A stretch of DNA of 64,000 nucleotides from Candidatus Collierbacteria bacterium (GCA_016183365.1 JACPES010000003.1:13726-77725); one strand, 5' to 3'; counted from the stretch's first letter, positions 48,904 to 59,106 are shown. The notes: a model not told the origin generated them from the sequence alone. A program made the numbers and translations.

Positions 48904-50004
48904 ATGACAATTCTTTCTATCGACACCAGTTGCGACGAAACAGCTGTCGCGGTTACAGACGGAAACAGGGTTTTAAGCAATATTATCTGGTCCCAGGCCT
49001 TGCTCCATTCTAAATGGGGTGGCGTTGTTCCGTCTCTTGCCAAGCGCGCCCACCAAGAACGTCTTCCTTGGGTTGTCTCCAAAGCGGTTCACGATTCACG
49101 GTTAACGATTAACGAAATTGATGCCATTGCGGCAACGATTGGGCCGGGATTGGCGATTGCGCTGGAGGTGGGAATTGCCAAGGCAAAAGAATTGGCCCTG
49201 AAGTGGCATAAGCCATTAATTCCGGTGAATCACCTCGAGGGCCATATCTTAAGCCCGTTAGCCTGGTCAACAATCAGCAATCAGCAATTAACAATTAACA
49301 ATTTAAACTTTCCCTTCGCGGCCCTCGTAGTTTCCGGCGGTCACACAGAGCTTGTTTTAGTTAAAAAGATAGGCGAATATCAAATTTTAGTCCGAACAAT
49401 AGATGATGCTTTGGGAGAGGCTTTGGATAAAGCCGCCAGGATGTTAGGATTGGGGTATCCGGGAGGCGCGGTGTTGGAAAAATTGGCCAAAACCGGAAAT
49501 CCTTCAACCTATAAACTGCCATTGCCATTATTAGGCCGGGAAAACCAAGGTAAATTCAGTTATTCAGGATTAAAAACCGCTTTTTATCGGTTAACAAACG
49601 AAAAAAGTTTAACGAAGCAAGAAATTTACGATCTAGCCGCCAGTTTTCAAAACACTTCTTTTGAGCATTTGATAAGAATTGTTAAAAAGTCGGTTTTGTC
49701 ATTGCGAGCCACGCTACAGACGGGACGTGGCAATCCAGAAATTACTGATTTTCTAGTCGGCGGCGGCGTCGCCTCCAACATCGAACTTCGCAAAAGGCTG
49801 CGGAATCTTGGAAAAAAATTCGGACTGAAAATTCATTTTCCCTATTCCAAAAAACTCTGTACCGACAATGCCGCCATGATTGGTCTGGCAGGGCAATGGG
49901 CCTTTGCGAGAGGCGAACTGAAACGAACAAAAGAAGAAATAGAATCAATTGACAGAATTCCCGGACTGGATTTTTCTTTAGGCCTACCTCTTTCTCGCGC
50001 ATAA
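48904..50004 (+). CDS. tsaD: tRNA threonylcarbamoyltransferase TsaD
   Basis: IDTSCDET, NHLEGH, VSGGHT, GEALDK, TDNAAMIG. Confidence 0.97.
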   Translation: MTILSIDTSCDETAVAVTDGNRVLSNIIWSQALLHSKWGGVVPSLAKRAHQERLPWVVSKAVHDSRLTINEIDAIAATIGPGLAIALEVGIAKAKELALKWHKPLIPVNHLEGHILSPLAWSTISNQQLTINNLNFPFAALVVSGGHTELVLVKKIGEYQILVRTIDDALGEALDKAARMLGLGYPGGAVLEKLAKTGNPSTYKLPLPLLGRENQGKFSYSGLKTAFYRLTNEKSLTKQEIYDLAASFQNTSFEHLIRIVKKSVLSLRATLQTGRGNPEITDFLVGGGVASNIELRKRLRNLGKKFGLKIHFPYSKKLCTDNAAMIGLAGQWAFARGELKRTKEEIESIDRIPGLDFSLGLPLSRA

Positions 50005-50046
50005 CTCAAGCAAAGTTGACAAGCATGGTATAGTGGACGAGAAAAT

Positions 50047-50536
50047 GGATCAACGACAGCGCGAGCAACTTCTTGCCCAAATCCCAACCACAAGTCTCCG
50101 ATCAGAGGCTTTCGAAAAACTTGGAGACGACGCGTCAGTCGCGTTGATGTTTGAGTACCAGTACCAGCTGGAACAGATCCGAGCAAATGCAGAGACGCAA
50201 GTTCCCGTGAGGCGCATCTATGCCCGCGCAGCATTGATCGGCGCGCTTGCTGGGGCAGGTCTTGGGGGCTTGGCATTCCTTTCAGGCAGGGAAGACGTTG
50301 CCAACTCTTCGTTTGAGGCGATCCAAGGCGGAATTGTGTTTCTTGCTGGAGGTGCAGCTTTTGGAGGGATCATGGGTCTAGCTCTTGGTGGTTGCACATC
50401 TGTTGAGCAAGCCAAAAGAATATTTATCCGGCAAGGGGAAAAGTCGGTCCTAGCGGAACACCGGACGTTTCTTGAAAAACGACTTACTGATGATCAGGTA
50501 ACAGATCTGTTTCTCCAAAGTGCCGCAGAAGAATAA
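50047..50536 (+). CDS. Hypothetical two-TM protein
   Basis: ORF with Gly-rich TMs; start uncertain. Confidence 0.6.
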
Positions 50537-50576
50537 AAATTTTTCCCCTTGACAACATACAACATATAATAAGCGC

Positions 50577-50832
50577 ATGATCAGAACCCAAGGTTTATAT
50601 TCAGGAGGACTTACATAGGGATATGGCTCTTTTGATGAGACGAGAGAAGATGAATTTTTCTCAACTAATTAGAGAAGGAGTGGAAACGGTAATAAGAAAG
50701 AAAAAGATAAAGAAGAACAAAAAATGGGGAGAGGGATTTATTGGGGCGGTAAAAGGCGGACCCAAGAATTTGTCTTCTAGGATTGATTATTACTTATATG
50801 GAAAGGGTAACCCCAAATGGGCAGGAAAATAG
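50577..50832 (+). pseudogene. RHH-type antitoxin with +1 frameshift
   Basis: MIRTQ, then in a shifted frame VYIQEDLHRDMALLMRREKMNFSQLIRE. Confidence 0.75.
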
Positions 50833-50900
50833 CCTTGGATTCAAATGTGTTGGTAGCGTTGTATAAGTTTGACGACTCAACCCAATTCTTAATTAGATAA
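50817..50900 (+). pseudogene. Truncated VapC/PIN toxin N-terminus
   Basis: MGRKIALDSNVLVALYKFDD, then stop. Confidence 0.65.
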
Positions 50901-51245
50901 GGAAATACCCAGGCTGCCGGCAATTTTTATCAAGATCTCATTGTTGGGATCCAGGTATCTAGCCCGATTTAAAGCTTCTTTGGCGGCGTCATCGTTTCCC
51001 AGCTCTGATTGAGAAATAGCCAGGCGATACAAAAGATCGCGATAATCCGGATATTGGATGGATAATTCCACTAATTTTTCCAATTTGGCTTCTTTATCGC
51101 GGCGGATTTCCCATAATTTGTTAACCCTTTTTTCTTCCAGAACAGTAATTGCGGAAGCCAGCCAAACGACAATTAACAAAACCGAAATGACAACTTCCAG
51201 CCTCCTGACTTTCACAGAATAAATTAAATTTCCCCATCGTTTCAT
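50889..51245 (-). CDS. Membrane-anchored TPR protein
   Basis: TM, then YPDYRDLLYRLA...ARYLDPNN. Confidence 0.8.
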   Translation of the reverse strand: MKRWGNLIYSVKVRRLEVVISVLLIVVWLASAITVLEEKRVNKLWEIRRDKEAKLEKLVELSIQYPDYRDLLYRLAISQSELGNDDAAKEALNRARYLDPNNEILIKIAGSLGISLSN

Positions 51246-51300
51246 ATTTACTCCTTCCGTTTGAAATATGTTAAATGATTTGAATCATTTAACCTTTGTT

Positions 51301-53520
51301 TTATTTCGGCCATTTGGATGCAATTAGCATCTGCTTCGGATATTTTCTGAAATCTTTTATCTCTTCCCAAATCGCTTCGGTCACGAAGGGGACAAACGGA
51401 TGTAGTAATTTTAAAAAAGTGATTAATCCATGAAAAATTGCCTTATCGCTAAGTTTACCGGTCTTATTTTTCTCTATTGCTTCATCGCAAAACCAATGCC
51501 AAAATTCGTTATACACCGTCTCCGCCGCCAGTCCCAGTCGGTAATTTTCTAAATTTTTGGTAACGCTGCCAATTACGGCATTAAGTTTATCGAGAAATTC
51601 CTGATCTCTGCTCTCTGATCTCTGTTCTCTGCTCATCACATATCGCGCAGCATTCCAAATTTTATTCGAGAAATTTCTCATCCCTCGCACCTTATCTTCC
51701 GAGAGGGGAATGGCGCTCCCCGGCGCTACGCCGTAGAGCAATGTCATTCGCAACGCATCCGCGCCGTATTTATCCACCAGCTCAATCGGATTAATTACGT
51801 TCCCTTTTGACTTGCTCATCTTTACCCCCTTAGCATCGGTCACCATTGACCACAGATAAACATCCCTAAACGGCACCTCTTTCTTCAAATAAAGCGAAAA
51901 TATGATCATCCGGGAAATCCAAAATGGCAGAATATCTGACAGCGTGCCGATCACGTCAGTGGGGAAGCGAGTTTTAAATTCATTTTGTTTAAGCGTCACC
52001 AACGGCCATTGTCCTGAAGAAAACCAAGTGTCAAAAGTGTCGGTTTCTTGAAGATAGTCCTCGCCCGGGGCGGAAACCGAAACAGTATATTTTATTCCAA
52101 CAGCTGCCCGCAACTCCTGTAAGCCGTTTTTAACTTCAACCAACGAATAATCTTTCAGCAATTCGCCAATTTTCCCCCTGATTAACTTTTTATTCTTATC
52201 AATGAATTTTACTTCAATATCGCCATTTTGTTTTTTGTTTTTTGTTTTTTGTTTTTTACCGATCTGGTACCACACCGGAATCCTGATTCCCCAGCAAATC
52301 TGCCGGCTAATTGGCCAGTCGTGCATCATCGTCAGCCAGGTCAGTATCTGCTTTTTAAATCTCGTCGGGTAAAACTTGATTTTATTTTCCCGCACTGCTT
52401 CCACCACCGGTTTTTTCAGCGACTCGACTTTGATAAACCAATTGGGAATTACCGTTGGCTCCAGAACCCGCTTGCACTTGTAACACAATCCGACCGAGTG
52501 TTTATAATTTTCATCTATTTTGACCATCAGCCCAGCCGCTTGAAGATCATCAGCTACCTTTTTTCTGGCTTCGGCGACTCGCAAACCTTGATAAATGCCG
52601 CATTTTTCATTGAGTTTCCCGTCCGGCCCAATCACTTGTTTGATTTCCAGCCCGTGACGCAGCCCCATTTGAAAATCATTTGGGTCATGAGCCGGCGTCA
52701 CCTTAACCACGCCGGTGCCGAATCTTGGATCTACCGTTTCATCGGCAATTACTTTTACTTTGAATTTTCCGATTAAGCCCTCAACTGTAATTTCCTGCCC
52801 AATATATTTTTTATATCGTTTATCTCTTGGATGAACCGCGACAGCCGTATCCCCAAATTTAGTCTCCGGTCTCACCGTCGCCAGGATAAATGGGCCGTAT
52901 TTAATGTAATAGAGCGGATCAACTCTTTCTTCGTGTACTACTTCCAATTCTGCCAGCGAAGTTCCGCAACGAGTACAGAAATTAACGATATAACTGTCTT
53001 TATAAATTAATCTTTCTTTCTCCATCCGGATAAAAGTTTCCCAAACCTGTTTCAAAACATGGTCATCTAAAGTAAAAACGCTCCGGCTCCAATCGGCGGA
53101 AAATCCCAGACGCTTAAATTGCTCATAGATCATCCCTGAATTGTCTTTAACGAATTGAAAAATATTTTGGTAAAGCGTTTGCCGGTCAAAATCCAGCCGC
53201 GACTTTCCTTGTTTTGCCAAATTTTTCTCGTACACAAATTGGGTCTCAAATCCGGCGTGGTCCATCCCCGGCAGCCAGACGGTCGAGTACCCCTGCATTC
53301 TTTTCCAGCGGATTAACACGTCGTCAACCGTATACATGGCGTGTCCGGCGTGAAGCGAGGCATTTGCGTTTGGCGGCGGCATCAAAATCGTAAAATTGCC
53401 CCTCTTGTCCTTCTGATCCTTCTCTCCGAATTCCGCCTTAAACGCCCCGCTCTCCTCCCATTTGCGGTAAATTTCTTTCTCAAACTTCTCCGGCTGATAA
53501 ACTTTATCCATAGCCATCAA
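51301..53520 (-). CDS. valS: Valyl-tRNA synthetase
   Basis: PPPNA..LHAGHA, DHAG, TPAHD, DTWFSS, KMSKSKGN. Confidence 0.97.
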   Translation of the reverse strand: MMAMDKVYQPEKFEKEIYRKWEESGAFKAEFGEKDQKDKRGNFTILMPPPNANASLHAGHAMYTVDDVLIRWKRMQGYSTVWLPGMDHAGFETQFVYEKNLAKQGKSRLDFDRQTLYQNIFQFVKDNSGMIYEQFKRLGFSADWSRSVFTLDDHVLKQVWETFIRMEKERLIYKDSYIVNFCTRCGTSLAELEVVHEERVDPLYYIKYGPFILATVRPETKFGDTAVAVHPRDKRYKKYIGQEITVEGLIGKFKVKVIADETVDPRFGTGVVKVTPAHDPNDFQMGLRHGLEIKQVIGPDGKLNEKCGIYQGLRVAEARKKVADDLQAAGLMVKIDENYKHSVGLCYKCKRVLEPTVIPNWFIKVESLKKPVVEAVRENKIKFYPTRFKKQILTWLTMMHDWPISRQICWGIRIPVWYQIGKKQKTKNKKQNGDIEVKFIDKNKKLIRGKIGELLKDYSLVEVKNGLQELRAAVGIKYTVSVSAPGEDYLQETDTFDTWFSSGQWPLVTLKQNEFKTRFPTDVIGTLSDILPFWISRMIIFSLYLKKEVPFRDVYLWSMVTDAKGVKMSKSKGNVINPIELVDKYGADALRMTLLYGVAPGSAIPLSEDKVRGMRNFSNKIWNAARYVMSREQRSESRDQEFLDKLNAVIGSVTKNLENYRLGLAAETVYNEFWHWFCDEAIEKNKTGKLSDKAIFHGLITFLKLLHPFVPFVTEAIWEEIKDFRKYPKQMLIASKWPK

Positions 53521-53525
53521 TTGTA

Positions 53526-53912
53526 TCAGAGCTTTCCCGCGGAGTGTTTCTTCAGCCAGGCGGCAATTTCGTCGACTGAAAGATTTTCATTGGCGACCTT
53601 AAGCATCCATTTAACGGCTTGATTTGTATTTGCAGAGATAAACACTCCATTTGCCAAAAGAAATGCTATTGTTCCGGAAAAAGCCGTTCTTTTATTTCCA
53701 TCGACAAAAGGATGATTTTTAACGATAGATTGAATAAAAGCTCCTGCCTTCATGAGAGTATCAGGATAAAGATCTTCTCCGCCAAACGTCGCGAACGGCC
53801 TCCCCACCGCCGACTCCAACATCCCCATATCGCGAGCACCGGAAGAGCCGCCGTATTTTTGAATCATCCGTTCATGGAGAATTAAAACCTGACGTACAGT
53901 AAAGACTTTCAC
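53526..53912 (-). CDS. doc: Doc/Fic-family toxin
   Basis: HPFVDGNKRTA. Confidence 0.93.
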   Translation of the reverse strand: MKVFTVRQVLILHERMIQKYGGSSGARDMGMLESAVGRPFATFGGEDLYPDTLMKAGAFIQSIVKNHPFVDGNKRTAFSGTIAFLLANGVFISANTNQAVKWMLKVANENLSVDEIAAWLKKHSAGKL

Positions 53913-54172
53913 GGAAGCTTAGCCAATTTCTCTAGGGTTTCTCCATAGATTGACTCAATGCGGATAATCAGCCTAGAAAATTCTTCATCGGATATTCTCT
54001 GGTAATCAGTTGTATTTCCCTTCGACGTAGCATATTTTATTTCCCCGTTTACTGACTGAGAAAACGCTACCCCGCCGGCTTTGAGACGATGGCGCTTCAC
54101 AAAATCTTTTGGCAGCGTTACTGCCAAAGAATTTCCCACTTGAATAATTTTATGAGCAACTGGCGTAATCAT
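53909..54172 (-). CDS. AbrB/MazE-type antitoxin
   Basis: KIIQVGNSLAVTLPK; coupled to doc. Confidence 0.88.
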   Translation of the reverse strand: MITPVAHKIIQVGNSLAVTLPKDFVKRHRLKAGGVAFSQSVNGEIKYATSKGNTTDYQRISDEEFSRLIIRIESIYGETLEKLAKLP

Positions 54173-54202
54173 GATTTAATTATAACCCGTTATAACATCC
54201 TG

Positions 54203-55516
54203 TCAAGAACCGCCGGTACCGCGCAAGTATACCGCTTGCCAGGGGCGGTAATTTGAAGAAAATGTTTGATGAATCAAAGTTTCTCCATTGCGTTCGACGT
54301 GATAATCGAATTTTACTTTTGCTCCCCAGGCTTTCCAATCGACTTGTTTTACTGTTCCGGCCGGGAGAGTCGGGTCATCCTGATATATATCTTCCGGCGG
54401 CGGGATCTGATCGATAATTATTGGTTTAGTAGTTTTAGCTATCCGGCCGTCGTTGGTTCCCCAAAGTTCAATAATCAAAGTAGAGGCCTGATTATCCGCT
54501 TTAGCCTGGATCAAAATATAGGCAGGAGTGTCGTTTTTAAACTTAAAATCTACCGTCGGGGAAAACACTGTGGCGTCAAACCCCGGGGGAGAATTCTGTT
54601 CGTAGTATCCCACCCGGTAGCTATGAGCCCGTCTTTCCACTATCGGCAATCCGGCCGCTAAAACTGCCCGGAATAGAGTGGTGGAATCCTGGCAAACTCC
54701 GCCGCCGTCTCCCAAGACTGTACGGCCTTCCTTAATTACATATGCCTCCAGAAAACCGGTTTCGCGGCTGATGTCGCCGACGGTATCATTAAATGAAAAA
54801 ATAGCCCCAGGCGGGATCAAGGTGCCGTCAATTTTAGTAGCTGTTAGGGCGACGTTGTGTTGTCTGCCCGGAATTGAGCCTTTATAAGTTGAAATTCCCC
54901 GGCCCAATAAAGAGTTTATCCCCAAATTGTCGGCGGTCATTTTGCCGCTAGGAATAGAGGGTTCGATTATAGAAACCGGAATTTCCACGGTCTGATAATC
55001 TTCTCCGCCGAAAACCGCGGTCAGGATTCTTCCTTTCAGCAATTCTTCATCCACTTGTTTGCCGGGTGATCCGGTCTGAAATTCAACCACTTTGTCTCCC
55101 GCGAGTTTAAATTTTGGTTCGACTACCGGAATATTTATTTTGGTAGCTGTGGAAGCAATAAAATCTTGAAGCAGAGCAGTATCATAATTAATTACAGGAT
55201 CAACAGAAATAGTATGATTGTAGGCGGCATATTTAATCATTAAATCATTGATAAAATTCCCGCTTCGACCGACGAACAAAAGTTTTTTTCTGCTTTCCGG
55301 CCAGTCTATATTCACATTGATGTTTTCGGGGGAAAATGTCAATTCGCCGACGGCAATCTGTTTGTTGCGGATTGTGGAAAAGGCCGGAGATAACTTAACC
55401 CCGGGATATGGCCTGTTCTTAAATGCTGTTTCAAAAGCGATAAAGATAGTTGGCGGCAACAGAATTATAAATGTCACCGCGAAACCGACAATTATTTTCC
55501 AATAAGGTTTCAACAT
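54203..55516 (-). CDS. VanW-family protein
   Basis: FSFNDTVG, GGGVCQDSTTLF, ERRAHS, DFKFKNDT. Confidence 0.92.
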   Translation of the reverse strand: MLKPYWKIIVGFAVTFIILLPPTIFIAFETAFKNRPYPGVKLSPAFSTIRNKQIAVGELTFSPENINVNIDWPESRKKLLFVGRSGNFINDLMIKYAAYNHTISVDPVINYDTALLQDFIASTATKINIPVVEPKFKLAGDKVVEFQTGSPGKQVDEELLKGRILTAVFGGEDYQTVEIPVSIIEPSIPSGKMTADNLGINSLLGRGISTYKGSIPGRQHNVALTATKIDGTLIPPGAIFSFNDTVGDISRETGFLEAYVIKEGRTVLGDGGGVCQDSTTLFRAVLAAGLPIVERRAHSYRVGYYEQNSPPGFDATVFSPTVDFKFKNDTPAYILIQAKADNQASTLIIELWGTNDGRIAKTTKPIIIDQIPPPEDIYQDDPTLPAGTVKQVDWKAWGAKVKFDYHVERNGETLIHQTFSSNYRPWQAVYLRGTGGS

Positions 55517-55532
55517 GGTATATTTTACCTGT

Positions 55533-56918
55533 ATGCCAAAACTACCGGATCCAACCTTAGGGATTAACCCTGTGGCCAGTGTACCAGTGGTTAGTGTTTC
55601 AGATGCCAAAAAGCCCAGCTTAGGGATTTTAGTTGCAATCGCAGCGGCAATAATTTTGGGGCTGGCAGGATTTTTACTTCCCAAGCTTTTTATTTTACCG
55701 CGTTTATCAAAACAAGCCGTAACTTTAACCTATTGGGGTTTATGGGAACCGGCCGAAGTTATGGCCCCGGTTATCGCCAAATATGAATCTGCTCATTTAG
55801 GTGTAAAAATTAACTATCAGATGCAGTCTAAAACCGACTATCGGGAAAGGCTTCAGTCGGTTTTGGCCAGAAAAGAAGGTCCGGACATTATGAGAATTCA
55901 TCAGTCATGGATGCCGATGTTTGCTTCCGAACTGGAGCCGGCTCCGGCGGACATCTTGTCATTAGATGAATTTGATAAGTCATTTTATAAAGACGCGCTG
56001 GCCGATATTACCCCCGGCGGCAAAGTTCTGGCGGTGCCGCTGATGACGGAAAGTTTGGGATTGTTTGTCAACAACGAAATTTTGGCGGCCACCGACTCCG
56101 GCGTGCCGGCCACTTGGGACGATCTGCGGAAAACGGCTTTTGCTTTAACCAAATGGGATGAACAGGGCAGGATTGTTCGGTCTGGAATGGCCATGGGAAC
56201 GACCAATAACATTTCCAGTTGGCCGGATATTTTGGCTCTGCTGATGCTGCAAAACAGCGTTGATTTGGTTAAACCGAACGCCACAATTGACGCTCGGGGC
56301 CGGAATTTAGGGGCTGACGCTTTGAAGTTTTATACCATTTTTGCTACTAAAGATAGAATTTGGGATAAAACTTTGCCCCCTGACATAGTGGCTTTTGCGA
56401 CCGGAAAAGTAGCCATGATGATTGGTCCTTCCTGGCAAGTTCACCAAATTGTGACTCTTAACCCCAAATTGGATTTTTCGATTCATCCGGTGCCGCAGTT
56501 AACCAGCCAGCGCCGGATATCCTGGTCATCGGCTTGGGTGGAGGGGGTATCTAAAAACTCAAAATATAAAAAGCAATCTTGGGAGTTTTTAAAATATTTA
56601 TCCTCTCAAGAATCTTTGCAGATGATGTATACCGAAGCGGCTAAGATCCGGCCTTTCGGAGAAATTTATCCCCGCCGCGATATGGCTCAATCATTATCCG
56701 GCGCTAAGTACGTCGAACCATTTGTTAAACAGGCGGAGTTTGGAAAATCTTGGTATATGGCTTCTCAAACCCAAGATAATGGGATCAATGACGAAATAAT
56801 TGCCTATTATGAAGACGCCATTAACGGAATAGTGGAAAAACAAATGACGCCGGAAATAGTGATTGAAACCGTGGCCCAAGGAGTAAAGCAGGTGTTGACA
56901 AAGTTCGGAGTGAAATAA
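55533..56918 (+). CDS. Sugar-type extracellular solute-binding protein
   Basis: TM anchor, LTYWGLWE, GPDI, PATWDDL, FATGKVAM. Confidence 0.9.
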   Translation: MPKLPDPTLGINPVASVPVVSVSDAKKPSLGILVAIAAAIILGLAGFLLPKLFILPRLSKQAVTLTYWGLWEPAEVMAPVIAKYESAHLGVKINYQMQSKTDYRERLQSVLARKEGPDIMRIHQSWMPMFASELEPAPADILSLDEFDKSFYKDALADITPGGKVLAVPLMTESLGLFVNNEILAATDSGVPATWDDLRKTAFALTKWDEQGRIVRSGMAMGTTNNISSWPDILALLMLQNSVDLVKPNATIDARGRNLGADALKFYTIFATKDRIWDKTLPPDIVAFATGKVAMMIGPSWQVHQIVTLNPKLDFSIHPVPQLTSQRRISWSSAWVEGVSKNSKYKKQSWEFLKYLSSQESLQMMYTEAAKIRPFGEIYPRRDMAQSLSGAKYVEPFVKQAEFGKSWYMASQTQDNGINDEIIAYYEDAINGIVEKQMTPEIVIETVAQGVKQVLTKFGVK

Positions 56919-56930
56919 ATAGCGATCCGA

Positions 56931-57878
56931 ATGACACGAATCGGAAGAAAAATCTTCTCTACCCTGCTATATCATTCTATTTTTGACTATCCTTTAACTA
57001 TTGATGAAATACACCACTATTTAATTTCCGAGAAAATTGTGCCGTTGTCAACGTTAAAAGAGGAAATTGGTGTTTTGCTAAAAGTTGGGAAAATTTTGTC
57101 AGGCGGCGAATTCTTTATTTCATCATCTATCATCCATTATCCATTATCCATCATTGTCCTCCGCCGCCACCGGAAGGATATAAGCCAAAAGAAACTGATG
57201 ATTGCGAAACGGGCATCAAGGGTCATTTCAATAATTCCGTGGGTCAAAATGATAGCCATTACCGGAGCTTTGGCGATGGAAAACGTCGACGAGAAAGACG
57301 ATATTGACCTTATGATTATTACCTCAAAAAATCGCCTATGGATTGTCCGCCCATTGGTTCTCTTGTTTGTCTCTCTTTTCTTCAAACGCCGTCATCCTTT
57401 GTCCAACGCTACAACTAACCACCAATCCGGCGGAGCCGGATCCCGCTCCGCGGGACAACTAATAACCCATAACAATGAAATTTGTGTAAATTTGTGGCTT
57501 GATGAATCTGCTCTGGTTATTCCCGAAGGCCAACGAAATCTTTACACTGCCCATGAATTGGCCCAAATGAAGCCGATTGTCAACAAAGAAAAAACATATG
57601 AAAAAATGCTTATTCGGAATAAATGGGGAGAAAAATTCTTAGCAAATTTTTGGTCAACAATTCAGCAATTTAACAATTTAACAATTAACAATCAGCAATT
57701 TGCTACTAACAACCCGTTGAACTTACTGAATCTATTTCTCTTTTGCCTCCAATTTACTTATATGAAAGCAAAGATGACCAACGAACGCGTCTCGCTTCAT
57801 GCCGCTTTCTTTCATCCGGGGAACAGGGCTGATACAATTCTTACCGCATATGACCGTCTTCGTCACCGGGATTTTTGA
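56931..57878 (+). CDS. Nucleotidyltransferase-fold protein
   Basis: AITGALAM...DDIDLMIIT. Confidence 0.75.
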   Translation: MTRIGRKIFSTLLYHSIFDYPLTIDEIHHYLISEKIVPLSTLKEEIGVLLKVGKILSGGEFFISSSIIHYPLSIIVLRRHRKDISQKKLMIAKRASRVISIIPWVKMIAITGALAMENVDEKDDIDLMIITSKNRLWIVRPLVLLFVSLFFKRRHPLSNATTNHQSGGAGSRSAGQLITHNNEICVNLWLDESALVIPEGQRNLYTAHELAQMKPIVNKEKTYEKMLIRNKWGEKFLANFWSTIQQFNNLTINNQQFATNNPLNLLNLFLFCLQFTYMKAKMTNERVSLHAAFFHPGNRADTILTAYDRLRHRDF

Positions 57879-58269
57879 TTTGTTGCACATCGAGCATCTG
57901 AATTTTTTGCGCGCCGCTAAGAAATTGGGAGGCAAACTGGTGGTGGGGATTGAATCTGATGCCAGAACAAAACAGTTGAAGGGGTCAAATCGGCCAATCA
58001 TGAATCAGGCTGAAAGAAAACAAATGCTGGAAGCCTTGGATTGCGTCGACGAAGTCATAGTTTTGCCCGATAAATTTAACTCCGATCAAGAATATGAGAA
58101 AATACTTTTGTCGGTTGGGGCGGATACTTACGCAGTATCGGAAAACAGTCCCTTTATGGAAAATAAAAAAAGAATTTGTCAGAGAGCCGGAGTTACGATT
58201 AAGGTTGTTAATCGGTATAATCCTGAATATTCGACTACTAAATTGATTGAAAAATTGTCATATTGTTAA
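57850..58269 (+). CDS. Cytidylyltransferase-family protein
   Basis: GIFDLLHIEH, KGSNRPI, YSTTKLI. Confidence 0.9.
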   Translation: MTVFVTGIFDLLHIEHLNFLRAAKKLGGKLVVGIESDARTKQLKGSNRPIMNQAERKQMLEALDCVDEVIVLPDKFNSDQEYEKILLSVGADTYAVSENSPFMENKKRICQRAGVTIKVVNRYNPEYSTTKLIEKLSYC

Positions 58270-58338
58270 ATTGTTAATTGAAATACACGCCAATTAGTCC
58301 TGCGAAGCATGATCTGGCCCCGCCAGACAATCTAGCAA

Positions 58339-59106
58339 ATGATTATGAATTTATTCACCCAGATTTTCTACCAGCCATTTATAAATCTTTTGGTCGTGAT
58401 TTATTACGGCCTGCGGTTTATTTTGGGCTCAAATGCCGATATGGGCATGGCGGTAATATTGTTTACAGTGGCTATCAGAATAATCTTATTGCCGTTGACT
58501 ATTTCCGGAGATCGGACAGAAGCCGAAAGGTATAAATTGTCCGGAGAGGTTGACGAGCTTAAAAAAAGGTTTTCCGCCGATCCGGTGGCCCGCGATGCTC
58601 ACGTCAAGAATTTATTGAGATCAAACCGGAAAATTGTATTTTTATCTGGTCTTAATCTTGTCATCCAAACCATTGTAGCTTTAATGCTATGGCGGATATT
58701 TGCCAAAGGTTTATTGGGGGCCGACTTTCACTTTTTATATGATTTTGTCCCCCAGCCAAAAGAAACGCTTAATTTAACCTTTATGGGTCAGTATGATTTA
58801 ACCAAGCCAAATCCTACTCTCAACGTCTTGCAGTCAATCCTGATTTTTATTTTTGAAATTGAGGCTAGCTTATTTTCATTGTTTCCTATCACCAGGAAAG
58901 AAATAATCCTGGCCCAGCTTACCCTGCCGATAGGCTCATATATTATTTTTTCCCAACTTCCGGCCGGGAAAAAGTTGTTCATTATTACCACCTTGATTTT
59001 TAGCATTGGCTACACTACTTTTAGCCAGATAAAATATTGGTGGTATAGGTTGGAAAAAACAATGAACAGAAAACCTGCCTCGCCGGCAGGCGGGCAAGAA
59101 GCATGA
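58339..59106 (+). CDS. Second YidC/Oxa1-like protein
   Basis: FYQPFINLL, IRIILLPL, LPAG. Confidence 0.8.
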   Translation: MIMNLFTQIFYQPFINLLVVIYYGLRFILGSNADMGMAVILFTVAIRIILLPLTISGDRTEAERYKLSGEVDELKKRFSADPVARDAHVKNLLRSNRKIVFLSGLNLVIQTIVALMLWRIFAKGLLGADFHFLYDFVPQPKETLNLTFMGQYDLTKPNPTLNVLQSILIFIFEIEASLFSLFPITRKEIILAQLTLPIGSYIIFSQLPAGKKLFIITTLIFSIGYTTFSQIKYWWYRLEKTMNRKPASPAGGQEA

